NCBI GenBank assembly: GCA_963545485.1
Contig: CAUUJG010000005.1
Span: forward strand, 5,890 to 69,889
Source of the DNA: an uncultured Clostridia bacterium
Lineage (GTDB): Bacteria > Bacillota > Clostridia > Christensenellales > CAG-917
Reading direction: 5' to 3'
Length of the DNA stretch: 64,000 nt
Shown: positions 10,415-17,961 of the stretch, piece after piece
Layout: each line of letters starts with the position of its first letter
Numbering within the stretch: the stretch's first letter is position 1
The notes under the pieces: generated by a model
What the model saw: only the letters and a program-made list of their open reading frames with translations
Told to the model about the DNA's origin: nothing
Database searches by the model: none
Program-made: the position numbers and the translations under genes

Positions 10415-11185
10415 CTATCTATTAATTTCATAAATATATCTTAACCCTTTCAGTGACAATGCTCGATCAATTACATCAATGAGTTGCGGTTCCACATTAT
10501 GTATCAACTCGCTTAGCCCACCTGTTGCTACAACCTTAGCATCTTTCATTCCATTAATTTCTTTATATTTATCAATCATGTATTTTACCATTCCGGCATA
10601 TCCATATACTATTCCACTTTGCATACATGCAACTGTTGATCGTCCTACTATATTTTCAGGCTTTATAAGCTCAACTCTTGGCAATTTCACCGCCGTATTT
10701 ACCAAAGACTCAGCAGATGTTTTTATCCCAGGTGCAATTGCCCCACCAAGAAAAACTCCATCACCAGTAACCAAATCAAATGTTGTAGCTGAACCAAAAT
10801 CAATTATAATTGCCGGTCCACCATATTCTTTATATGTTGCTAAAGCTCCAATAATTCTATCAGAACCTAACATACTCAAATTGGTATATTGTATTTTAAT
10901 TCCAACATTTATATCACTTGAAACCATCAATGGCTTTTTCTGAATATAATATTGACACATGTGTTCAAGTGTGTAATTTAGCATCGGTGCAACCGAAGAT
11001 ATTACTGTATCATCTATATCGCTGAAGGAAAGATTTTCCTGCGAAAGCAGATCATAAAGAACCATACCATATTCATCTGATGTCCTAGAAGCAGTCGTTG
11101 ATAATCTCCATGAAGCTTTTAATTTCTTTTTATCAAAAATGCCTATTTTAAGATTTGTATTCCCTACATCTATTGCTAAAAGCAT
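10415..11185 (-). CDS. coaX: type III pantothenate kinase
   Basis: 256 aa with LLAIDVGNTN at the N-terminus and the IIDFGSATT and ATGG ASKHA-fold motifs of CoaX. Confidence 0.92.
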   Translation of the reverse strand: MLLAIDVGNTNLKIGIFDKKKLKASWRLSTTASRTSDEYGMVLYDLLSQENLSFSDIDDTVISSVAPMLNYTLEHMCQYYIQKKPLMVSSDINVGIKIQYTNLSMLGSDRIIGALATYKEYGGPAIIIDFGSATTFDLVTGDGVFLGGAIAPGIKTSAESLVNTAVKLPRVELIKPENIVGRSTVACMQSGIVYGYAGMVKYMIDKYKEINGMKDAKVVATGGLSELIHNVEPQLIDVIDRALSLKGLRYIYEINR

Positions 11186-11298
11186 CTAATATTCTCCTAA
11201 TCACGAGTTTCATTATACCACACGAAAGATTACGAAATAAACGCAAAAACAGATCGATAGATCGGTTAATAAAAATATCTATTTGTGTTAACTTACAG

Positions 11299-11904
11299 CT
11301 ACATCTCTTGCATATATCTCTTTTCAGCAATATCCCAATTGACAAGCTCCCACCATGCAGATAAATAATCTGGTCGTTTATTTTGATATTTGAGATAATA
11401 AGCATGTTCCCACACATCATTTGTTATTACGATATTATATCCATCACTGAATGGAGTATCCTGATTTAAGTGATTTACAATAAAAAGTTCTCCATCTTTT
11501 TCTACTAGACTGACCCATCCGGATCCAAACTGTCCCTTTCCTTTATCTTCAAATTGCTTTTTAAATTCAGCAAAACTTCCAAATTTCTTTTCTATTGCTT
11601 TTTTTAGATTCCCAATAGGTTCTTTTGCTCCACCTGGAGTCATTACTTCCCAGTAGATCGTATGATTAAAATGTCCGCCTCCATGATTCTTTACAGCTGT
11701 CCTTTTATCAGCTGATATTTTATCAAGATTTCTCAAAATATCTTCAATCTTTCTATCTTCCCATCCTGTTCCCGCTAAAGCATTATTAAAATTTGTTACA
11801 TAGCCCTGGTGATGTTTGTCGTGATGTATGGCAACTGTCTCCTTATCTATGACTGGTTCAAGAGCATCATTTGCATATTTAAGCGGCTCCAATATAAATG
11901 CCAT
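11299..11904 (-). CDS. sodA: Fe/Mn superoxide dismutase
   Basis: 201 aa with HHDKHH, the metal ligands and the DVWEHAYYL signature. Confidence 0.95.
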   Translation of the reverse strand: MAFILEPLKYANDALEPVIDKETVAIHHDKHHQGYVTNFNNALAGTGWEDRKIEDILRNLDKISADKRTAVKNHGGGHFNHTIYWEVMTPGGAKEPIGNLKKAIEKKFGSFAEFKKQFEDKGKGQFGSGWVSLVEKDGELFIVNHLNQDTPFSDGYNIVITNDVWEHAYYLKYQNKRPDYLSAWWELVNWDIAEKRYMQEM

Positions 11905-12050
11905 TTTTAATTCCTCCTCCCTCTTTCTGACTTAATTATATATTTTTATTTTTAATTTTTTCAATAATCCAATTTCATTAATTAGCTAATTCGTACTATT
12001 CATTTACATTGCCTTTATAACCAATAATTGAATATAATTAGTTTGCTTTT

Positions 12051-12139
12051 GGAGATGTATCGAAGTGGTTATAACGGGGCTGACTCGAAATCAGTTAGGG
12101 AGCAATCCCTCGGGGGTTCGAATCCCTCCATCTCCGCCA
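12051..12139 (+). tRNA. tRNA-Ser (anticodon CGA), CCA encoded
   Basis: Acceptor GGAGATG pairs with CATCTCC. The anticodon loop is CTCGAAA, there is a long variable arm (TAGGGAGCAATCCCTCG), the T-loop is GGTTCGAATCC, and discriminator G precedes CCA. Confidence 0.9.
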
Positions 12140-12279
12140 CGCACCCAAAATTGCTACCTGATCATATCGAATTTACCCCAAATATTGCCCCTACACGCCC
12201 TAGTTTTAACGATTTAGTTTCTTTCGATGACATTATCAACGGCGAGTGGAGAGACCTGAGATTGCGAGGAAATGGTTAT
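12140..12279 (+). repeat. island repeat copy R1 (B segment only), abutting the tRNA-Ser 3' end
   Basis: The core ...cccaaaattgctacctgatcatatcgaattt...cattatcaacggcgagtggagagacct...ggaaatggttat recurs at 15499, 17700 and 24697, and in diverged form near 22130. Confidence 0.9.
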
Positions 12280-12326
12280 GTGAGAGAGTAAAAATAATTA
12301 CTAATTGTCTTGACTTGGGGAGCATA

Positions 12327-12995
12327 TTAATTTTCTACTTCCGCAATCATTTTCGTTAATTTGTGATATCTACAATATGAAGTTTCTTCGTTGCTTGTTT
12401 CTCCACCTAAATCAATTATCGCCTGACCTATTATTGCCCTCTTTGATGGCTTGCTGTTATTTAGAATTTCCAGCTTGGTATCTCTTTCTAATATAGACAA
12501 TGTCCCCCGATTGTTTGTCGTACCATAATATGTCTTCCCTGTTAAGGATGACGTGAATTCAATATCTTTGAAATGATGTCTCTTTATTGACATCTCGGAT
12601 TCTTCTTCTGCTACATCATTTTCTAATTCTTGTTCTTCAGTAATATCAATTTTCTTTAAATTGTCTACTAGCCCATTTATTTCGGCAATTGCCTCAAGAA
12701 TTTTATATGCTTCTTCAGCAGTCATAGCGTAGAATTCCCTCTTCCTTTCTTTGTTATTATATATTTCTCTTGCTCTTAAATTAGGATTAAGTTGATCAAT
12801 TAAGTCGTGAATCTTTATGTCTGTTAATCTTTTTTCAACTTCATAATAGGCATATAATCTGAAGGCAAATGGTATACATGAACTGCTATTTAAAGTATTT
12901 ACTCTTTCTTTTACGTCATCCGCATAACCAATCTTGACATACTGCGGAAAAGAAGGATTTGTTAAAATATAAATAACTCCTGCTTTATTTTTCAA
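12327..12995 (-). CDS. GIY-YIG / T5orf172 (MUG113)-type domain protein
   Basis: 222 aa. The N-terminus GVIYILTNPSFPQYVKIGYADDVKERVNTLN... fits the GIY-YIG-like T5orf172 fold. The C-terminal half is unassigned. Confidence 0.6.
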   Translation of the reverse strand: MKNKAGVIYILTNPSFPQYVKIGYADDVKERVNTLNSSSCIPFAFRLYAYYEVEKRLTDIKIHDLIDQLNPNLRAREIYNNKERKREFYAMTAEEAYKILEAIAEINGLVDNLKKIDITEEQELENDVAEEESEMSIKRHHFKDIEFTSSLTGKTYYGTTNNRGTLSILERDTKLEILNNSKPSKRAIIGQAIIDLGGETSNEETSYCRYHKLTKMIAEVEN

Positions 12996-13271
12996 AATAG
13001 CTTACCTCTTTTATATGTCCATCTTTTCTATTTTTATTTTTTGAATCGTCCTTTCTCATTATTTCCAACATCTCCTATTTTTTCTACAGCTCTATCGTAA
13101 CATAATAACGGAACTTTTCACTAACGCCAAAATCGCCCGATAGAATTAGACGGGAACAAAAAATCAGCAGACAATATTTGCCTAATTACTCAATTCAAGA
13201 ATAGACCTGTTCGATAACCATTTCAAAACAATAGCAATCAGTTATAATATATTGAGTGATAAAAATGAACC

Positions 13272-14237
13272 ATGAGGAGGATGAGGATGAAAAAACGACT
13301 ACTTTCAATGAAAGCCGACGGATTTTATGGGATTTGGTATCCGAATTCCAAGAGAGAAAGTCACTGCGGTATGATACTTATGCTTGGTGATTCTTCGGAC
13401 GGCAGGATGGTTTGTGCCGGGGTAAAATGGGTGCATGGGCAAGGACTTCATGCACTTTCACTTTCGCCTGGGAAAAAGGATCTCGGTCGACACAATTATC
13501 CGTTGGAATTCGTGGGAAAGGCGATTGAATTCCTTCGAACTCAAGGCTGTGAGAAAATCGGAATTTGCGGAGTATCTGCAACGGGGATAACAGTTCTTCT
13601 TGCCGCATCTTATTATTCGGACATCAGTCTTACCATAGCAATGACTCCTGCGGATTTTGTCATGGAGGGGTATTATAGGGACGGTGCGGACGGTGCTCAC
13701 GAGCGACCGGGAGATCATGAATCCTCCGTGTCATGGGAGGGAAAACCTTTGCCGTATTTGCCTTATGCTTACAGACATCCGGAGTATTGGAAAAAAATTA
13801 AAGAAGAGTCCAAAGCGGGCGGTGATTTGATCGCAGCTCGAAAGATGTTTGATGAATCGGAACGTCGTCATCCCGTCACCGAAGAAGAAACGATTAAAAT
13901 AGAACGTATTCACGGGAAGATGGTTTGTATCGGAGCGGAAGATGACGTTTTGTGGGATACCTGCAAATATATTCGAAGAATGCAGCGGAGACTGGAACGG
14001 CTCCCACACAACTGTGATTTCGAGGCATTGACTTATGAACACGGGACACATTTTATATTTCCGGAATTCATGTTGAAACGGATATTTCCGATCGGCTCGG
14101 GACTTCTGATGGGATTTATATTTAAGGCGGCAAGAGAATATCCGAAGGAATGCAAAGAGACAAGATTGGATATTGACAGGAGACTTATGCGGATAATCAG
14201 TAAATGGTCAAACGAAAAAAAAAAGAAAAGCCATTAA
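13272..14237 (+). CDS. alpha/beta hydrolase, BAAT / acyl-CoA thioester hydrolase C-terminal-like
   Basis: 321 aa with a nucleophile elbow GVSATG and a C-terminal HGTHF. GC content is clearly higher than the flanks. The likely true start is the ATG at 13287, 6 nt after AGGAGG. Confidence 0.6.
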   Translation: MRRMRMKKRLLSMKADGFYGIWYPNSKRESHCGMILMLGDSSDGRMVCAGVKWVHGQGLHALSLSPGKKDLGRHNYPLEFVGKAIEFLRTQGCEKIGICGVSATGITVLLAASYYSDISLTIAMTPADFVMEGYYRDGADGAHERPGDHESSVSWEGKPLPYLPYAYRHPEYWKKIKEESKAGGDLIAARKMFDESERRHPVTEEETIKIERIHGKMVCIGAEDDVLWDTCKYIRRMQRRLERLPHNCDFEALTYEHGTHFIFPEFMLKRIFPIGSGLLMGFIFKAAREYPKECKETRLDIDRRLMRIISKWSNEKKKKSH

Positions 14238-14334
14238 TTTCCAGCTTAATGACATCGGTCTTTAACCGAGGCTGTCGATTTTTTAATGACCCCATCAAAA
14301 ATCTATCAAAATTAACACATCAATTCATGAAAAA

Positions 14335-14435
14335 TAAAAAAGCACCTATTTCTAGATGCCATAGTATTAAAGTCTTCACCATATTCTCCCAACAACTCAA
14401 CTCATCAATAATCGACAATCTAACCCACTCAATTA
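14335..14435 (+). repeat. island repeat fragment (A segment only)
   Basis: aaaaaagcacctatttctagatgccatagtatta..cttcaccatattctcccaacaactcaactcatcaataa... matches the A segments at 15349, 17540 and 24530. Confidence 0.85.
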
Positions 14436-14535
14436 ATAAAAACCCCCATCAAAAAACATTATCAAGGATGATACGCTACTAGACTTTTATTAATGACTTT
14501 TTCGCTACATGAGATTTTTTGTTAAAAGTTTTCTA

Positions 14536-15210
14536 TTAGATGAAATTTACTCTTCGATCTATTTCTTCATGCCATTCATCATCGTAATCTTTATAAAACC
14601 TAAAAAGACCTTTAAACGATTTCTTATTATTATTTAAATATGACCTTGAAAACTGGCAGTTGATACGTTGCAGACTTTCACAATTATAAAATGCCTCATC
14701 CTCAATACTTTTCACTGAACTTGGGATTATTATTTCTGAAATTGATGTCCCAAGAAATGCTGCAGCACCTATCTTTTCTAATCCTTGATTTAGCGTTATA
14801 GTTTTCAAATTTTTACAATAATAAAATGCATTTGTCCCTATTATTTTTATCCCATTTCCAAATGCAACCTCTCTTAAATTTGTACATTGATTAAAAGCAT
14901 GAGATTGAATTTCTTCTACTGAATTTGGAATATTCACTTTTTCAATATATTCCTTAAACATAAATGCCCTTTCGGATATTCTATTTATTGGATACCCTTT
15001 ATATTTTGTAGGGATATTTACATTTTCTCCAACACCTATGTATTCTTTTATTGAGTACCCGTTAGCAACTCTTTCCATTTTAAAATTTTTTTCTATATCT
15101 GCATCAGTCATAATCTTCTTTGTAGTCGCTCCATTTGAACAACCAAACAATGACATTGATAGTAGTAAAATTAAAGATATAAACAATGCTAACTTGATTT
15201 TTTTATTCAT
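14536..15210 (-). CDS. lipoprotein with BspA-type leucine-rich repeats
   Basis: 224 aa with a signal peptide and lipobox (LFGCSNG). Repeats follow the pattern I.IP.SV..I...AF..C..L. It is a paralogue of the C-terminal half of 15703-16890. Confidence 0.75.
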   Translation of the reverse strand: MNKKIKLALFISLILLLSMSLFGCSNGATTKKIMTDADIEKNFKMERVANGYSIKEYIGVGENVNIPTKYKGYPINRISERAFMFKEYIEKVNIPNSVEEIQSHAFNQCTNLREVAFGNGIKIIGTNAFYYCKNLKTITLNQGLEKIGAAAFLGTSISEIIIPSSVKSIEDEAFYNCESLQRINCQFSRSYLNNNKKSFKGLFRFYKDYDDEWHEEIDRRVNFI

Positions 15211-15242
15211 AAAACTCCCCTCGAAAATAAATTATTAAAAAC

Positions 15243-15273
15243 ATTCTACCCCCCCCCCATTTTAATTTGTCAA
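15243..15273 (-). promoter_or_regulatory. sigma-A-type promoter with a G10 tract inside the spacer
   Basis: The minus strand reads TTGACA(15273-15268)-AATTAAAAT-G10(15258-15249)-TAGAAT(15248-15243). The spacer is 19 nt. RBS GAGGGGAG and the ATG at 15210 follow. Confidence 0.65.
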
Positions 15274-15632
15274 TACCATAGTGAATTTTAAGTTATGAAA
15301 GACACATGAAATAGCCATTCAAAAATTAATCAAGAGACTCATAGAAAATAAAAAAATACCTATTTCTAGATGCCATAGTATTAGAGGCTTCACCATATTC
15401 TCCCAACAACTCAACTCCTCAATAACCGACCATCTACCCCACTTAATCACCCAAATTCAATGCCTCATTCCACAAGTATTATTAAACTTAATCTATGCGC
15501 CCAAAATTGCTACCTGATCATATCGAATTTGCCCAAAATATTGCCCCTACGCGCCCTAGTTTTGATGGTTTCGATTCTTTCGATGACATTATCAACGGCG
15601 AGTGGAGAGACCTTAGAATGCGAGGAAATGGT

Positions 15633-15669
15633 TATAAATAAAATATGGACATCGGTGAGGACATCCATA
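15633..15669 (-). terminator. intrinsic terminator at the end of repeat B
   Basis: The minus strand reads TATGGATGTC-CTCACC-GATGTCCATA (10-bp stem including 2 G-U pairs) followed by TTTTATTTAT. It lies 34 nt after the stop of 15703-16890. Confidence 0.6.
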
Positions 15670-15702
15670 GTTATAATTTTGATATTGATTTAATTTTTTG
15701 TT

Positions 15703-16890
15703 CTATCCGTTTACCCAGTTGATTATAGATTCTTTTTCAAGTAGTCCTCTAAATTTACTCTCATTAGCTTGAACATAACTTTTCTTTAACTTACATTCTA
15801 TTGACCTAAGTTTATCGCAAAAGTTAAATGCCCTTTCTCCTATCTCTTCTACTGTACTTGGAATTGTTATTTCTTCGATACCTGTTTCATGAAACGCACT
15901 TGGTTCTATTTCTTTTAAGCCTTCATTTAGAGTCACTTTTTTAAGATTTGAACAACCCGCAAAAGCAAGTTTTCCTATTTTTTCTAATGTGCTTGGCATT
16001 CTTATTTCTTCGATACCTGCTCCAGCAAACGCTACTTGTTCTATTTCTTTCAATCCTTCATTTAGAGTCACTTTTTTAAGATTTTTACACCCCCAAAAAG
16101 CACCGCCTCCTATCTTTTCTAATGTACTTGGCATTGTGACTTTTTCTATATTGCTATCGAAAAATATTTTAGCTCTTGTCTTTTTACACGTTAATGGTTT
16201 AGTTAATTTCTTTAGAAAAGCTACTTCCTTTAAAAAATCAGAAAACGCTCCTTCTATTATTTCTATTATTTTATAACCTTTATAAATACTAGGAATTCTT
16301 ACATCTGTTGCTTCTCCCTTATATTTCGTTATTACCAATCCGTTTGGAACTCTTACTATTTCAAACAACTTTTTTATCTCGGCATCGGTCATCTTTATTT
16401 CAACTTCTTGATCCAAATCAAAATCTTCACTAGGGGATTTCTTAATATGAGCAAGTCCCAAATTACTATTTAACGCAAGTAATTCCATCTTCTTCTTTTC
16501 AAATTCTTCTTGAGTTATTATGCCAAGATCAAGTAACTCTTTTAATTTTCTTAGTTTAGTAATATTTTCTGCTGGCATGTTGTTTTGTGTTGTTTCTCGT
16601 GCCACATTCTTTTTATTCTTAATATCTTCATCTTTAGAATTTGCCACCATAAATAAAGCCACAACTGGAACAATGGGAATAAAAAACCCTACTATCAAAA
16701 GTATCCATATCGTATTATCATTTACAGATTTATTTTTTTTATTTTTGCCGTACTCAACAGTTACAACTATATGAAAGACAAAAGCTATTGTGACCAGAAT
16801 ATGCCCTATACCTATTATTAACGTTAGATAGCCCACTATATATAAGATAGCTGCATCTTTTGCCATTTTTTTAAGTTCATGTGATTCCAT
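15703..16890 (-). CDS. membrane protein with SHOCT domain and BspA-type LRR domain
   Basis: 395 aa. The N-terminal 2-3 TM region and the LRKLKELLDLGIITQEEFEKKKMELL (SHOCT) motif are paralogous to 16925-17407. The C-terminal LRRs are paralogous to 14536-15210. Confidence 0.75.
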   Translation of the reverse strand: MESHELKKMAKDAAILYIVGYLTLIIGIGHILVTIAFVFHIVVTVEYGKNKKNKSVNDNTIWILLIVGFFIPIVPVVALFMVANSKDEDIKNKKNVARETTQNNMPAENITKLRKLKELLDLGIITQEEFEKKKMELLALNSNLGLAHIKKSPSEDFDLDQEVEIKMTDAEIKKLFEIVRVPNGLVITKYKGEATDVRIPSIYKGYKIIEIIEGAFSDFLKEVAFLKKLTKPLTCKKTRAKIFFDSNIEKVTMPSTLEKIGGGAFWGCKNLKKVTLNEGLKEIEQVAFAGAGIEEIRMPSTLEKIGKLAFAGCSNLKKVTLNEGLKEIEPSAFHETGIEEITIPSTVEEIGERAFNFCDKLRSIECKLKKSYVQANESKFRGLLEKESIINWVNG

Positions 16891-16924
16891 TTCCCCTACT
16901 CCAAGTTAATTACTATAGTACATG

Positions 16925-17407
16925 TCATGCTAGTAGTTCATTTTTCTTCTTATCAAATTCCTCTTGAGTTATTATTCCTGAATCAAGCAACTCTTTTAGT
17001 TGTTTTAGTTTTTCAAAGTTATCAACTGTTTCTTCCCCTTTAGAGTTTTCAGCAGACATATTATTTGTAGTTTCTCCACTCAACTTTTTAGAATTTGCAA
17101 CTAAAAACAAAGCTACAATTTCAACAATATGCACAAAAAATCCGATTATCAATAATATAAAAACAGTATCTTTGCTATCTTTAGAAAATCTTCCATACTC
17201 AACTGTTACGATTATATGAAGTATAAAACTAACTAAATACATCGCACTAGCTATCGAATAAGTGATGACATATGCTATCACCATTCCCTTAGGATTTGCA
17301 GTTACGAGTGCCATAGCTATTATAAGTCCTACTATAATTAACACAAAAACTAGAATTTTTAGTATTGCAGTATTCTTTGCAAGTTTTTTGATTTTATTAA
17401 TTTCCAT
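16925..17407 (-). CDS. membrane protein with C-terminal SHOCT domain
   Basis: TM helices plus LKQLKELLDSGIITQEEFDKKKNELLA. The ATG at 17407 is preceded by GGAGGAA. The track ORF starts at a TTG at 17419. Confidence 0.75.
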   Translation of the reverse strand: MEINKIKKLAKNTAILKILVFVLIIVGLIIAMALVTANPKGMVIAYVITYSIASAMYLVSFILHIIVTVEYGRFSKDSKDTVFILLIIGFFVHIVEIVALFLVANSKKLSGETTNNMSAENSKGEETVDNFEKLKQLKELLDSGIITQEEFDKKKNELLA

Positions 17408-17435
17408 TATTTCCTCCAAAATTTAATATATTAAA

Positions 17436-17466
17436 ATCTTACCCCCCCCCCATTTAATTTTGTCAA
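17436..17466 (-). promoter_or_regulatory. sigma-A-type promoter with a G10 tract inside the spacer
   Basis: The minus strand reads TTGACA(17466-17461)-AAATTAAAT-G10(17451-17442)-TAAGAT(17441-17436). The spacer is 19 nt. RBS GGAGGAA and the ATG at 17407 follow. Confidence 0.65.
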
Positions 17467-17832
17467 TAGTTGAGTGAATTCGAGGTTATGAAAACATATG
17501 CAGTGGTCATTCAAATTAATATGATAATTCTTGGAAAAATAAAAAAGCCCCTATTTCTAGAAGCCATAATTTGAGAACATTCACCATATTCTCCCAACAA
17601 CTCAACTCATCAATAACCGCACATCTAACCCACTCAATTGACCAAATTCAACACCTCTGCTCCACAAGTATTATTAAGCTTAATCTACAAACCCACGCAC
17701 CCAAAATTGCTACCTGATCATATCGAATTTACCCAAAATATTGCCCCTATGTGCCCTTGTTTTGATGGTTTGATTTCTTTTGATGGGATTATCAACGGTG
17801 AGCGGAGAGACCTTGGAATTGAGGGAAATGGT

Positions 17833-17869
17833 TATAATAAAATATGGACATCGTGTTGGGACATCCATA
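17833..17869 (-). terminator. intrinsic terminator at the end of repeat B
   Basis: The minus strand reads TATGGATGTC-CCAACAC-GATGTCCATA followed by TTTTATTAT, downstream of res. Confidence 0.55.
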
Positions 17870-17961
17870 CTCTTAATATTTTTCTTTATTTGATTATAAA
17901 CTCTCCCCCTAACAAACTATTTCATAAATCCTAATTGTTTTGTCATATGGCACATCACCAT

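Larger units (their letters stand above)
15241..15672 (+). repeat. island repeat copy R2 (P+A+B segments)
   Basis: Aligns by eye over about 430 bp with 17433-17870, and over its A+B or B parts with the other copies. Confidence 0.9.
17433..17870 (+). repeat. island repeat copy R3 (P+A+B segments)
   Basis: Paralogous to 15241-15672. The B part begins ccacgcacccaaaattgctacc, identical to the junction with the tRNA-Ser CCA end. Confidence 0.9.

Noticed and set aside
12028-12291. An 87-aa plus-strand ORF, with similar reading frames in other repeat copies (17638-17934). There is also an ATG-initiated 48-codon frame in copy R2 encoding MRPKLLPDHIEFAQNIAPTRPSFDGFDSFDDIINGEWRDLRMRGNGYK.
   Set aside because: The first ORF runs straight through tRNA-Ser, so it is not a real gene. 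In copy R5 the same frame hits a TAG after ...CFDD. Copy R3 loses the stop through a 1-nt change, and no copy has a Shine-Dalgarno. Conservation looks nucleotide-level rather than codon-level. It is kept only as a possible relic of an ancestral gene.
13378-14051. Three minus-strand ORFs (76-106 aa) overlapping the BAAT-like gene.
   Set aside because: They are shadow frames made possible by the locally higher GC. The plus-strand ORF is far longer and has hydrolase motifs.
14215-14224. An A10 run near the 3' end of the BAAT-like gene as another slippage switch.
   Set aside because: It affects only the last few Lys codons (NEKKKKSH). Poly-A runs are common in AT-rich genomes, unlike the three G10 runs.
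14335-14360. The hairpin GCACCTATTTCTAGATGC preceded by an A-run (a U-run on the minus strand) at the start of each A segment, considered as a strong terminator.
   Set aside because: The stem has an internal mismatch in every copy and only 5-6 pairs. It is kept as a weak, terminator-like feature inside a finding rather than annotated as a confident terminator.
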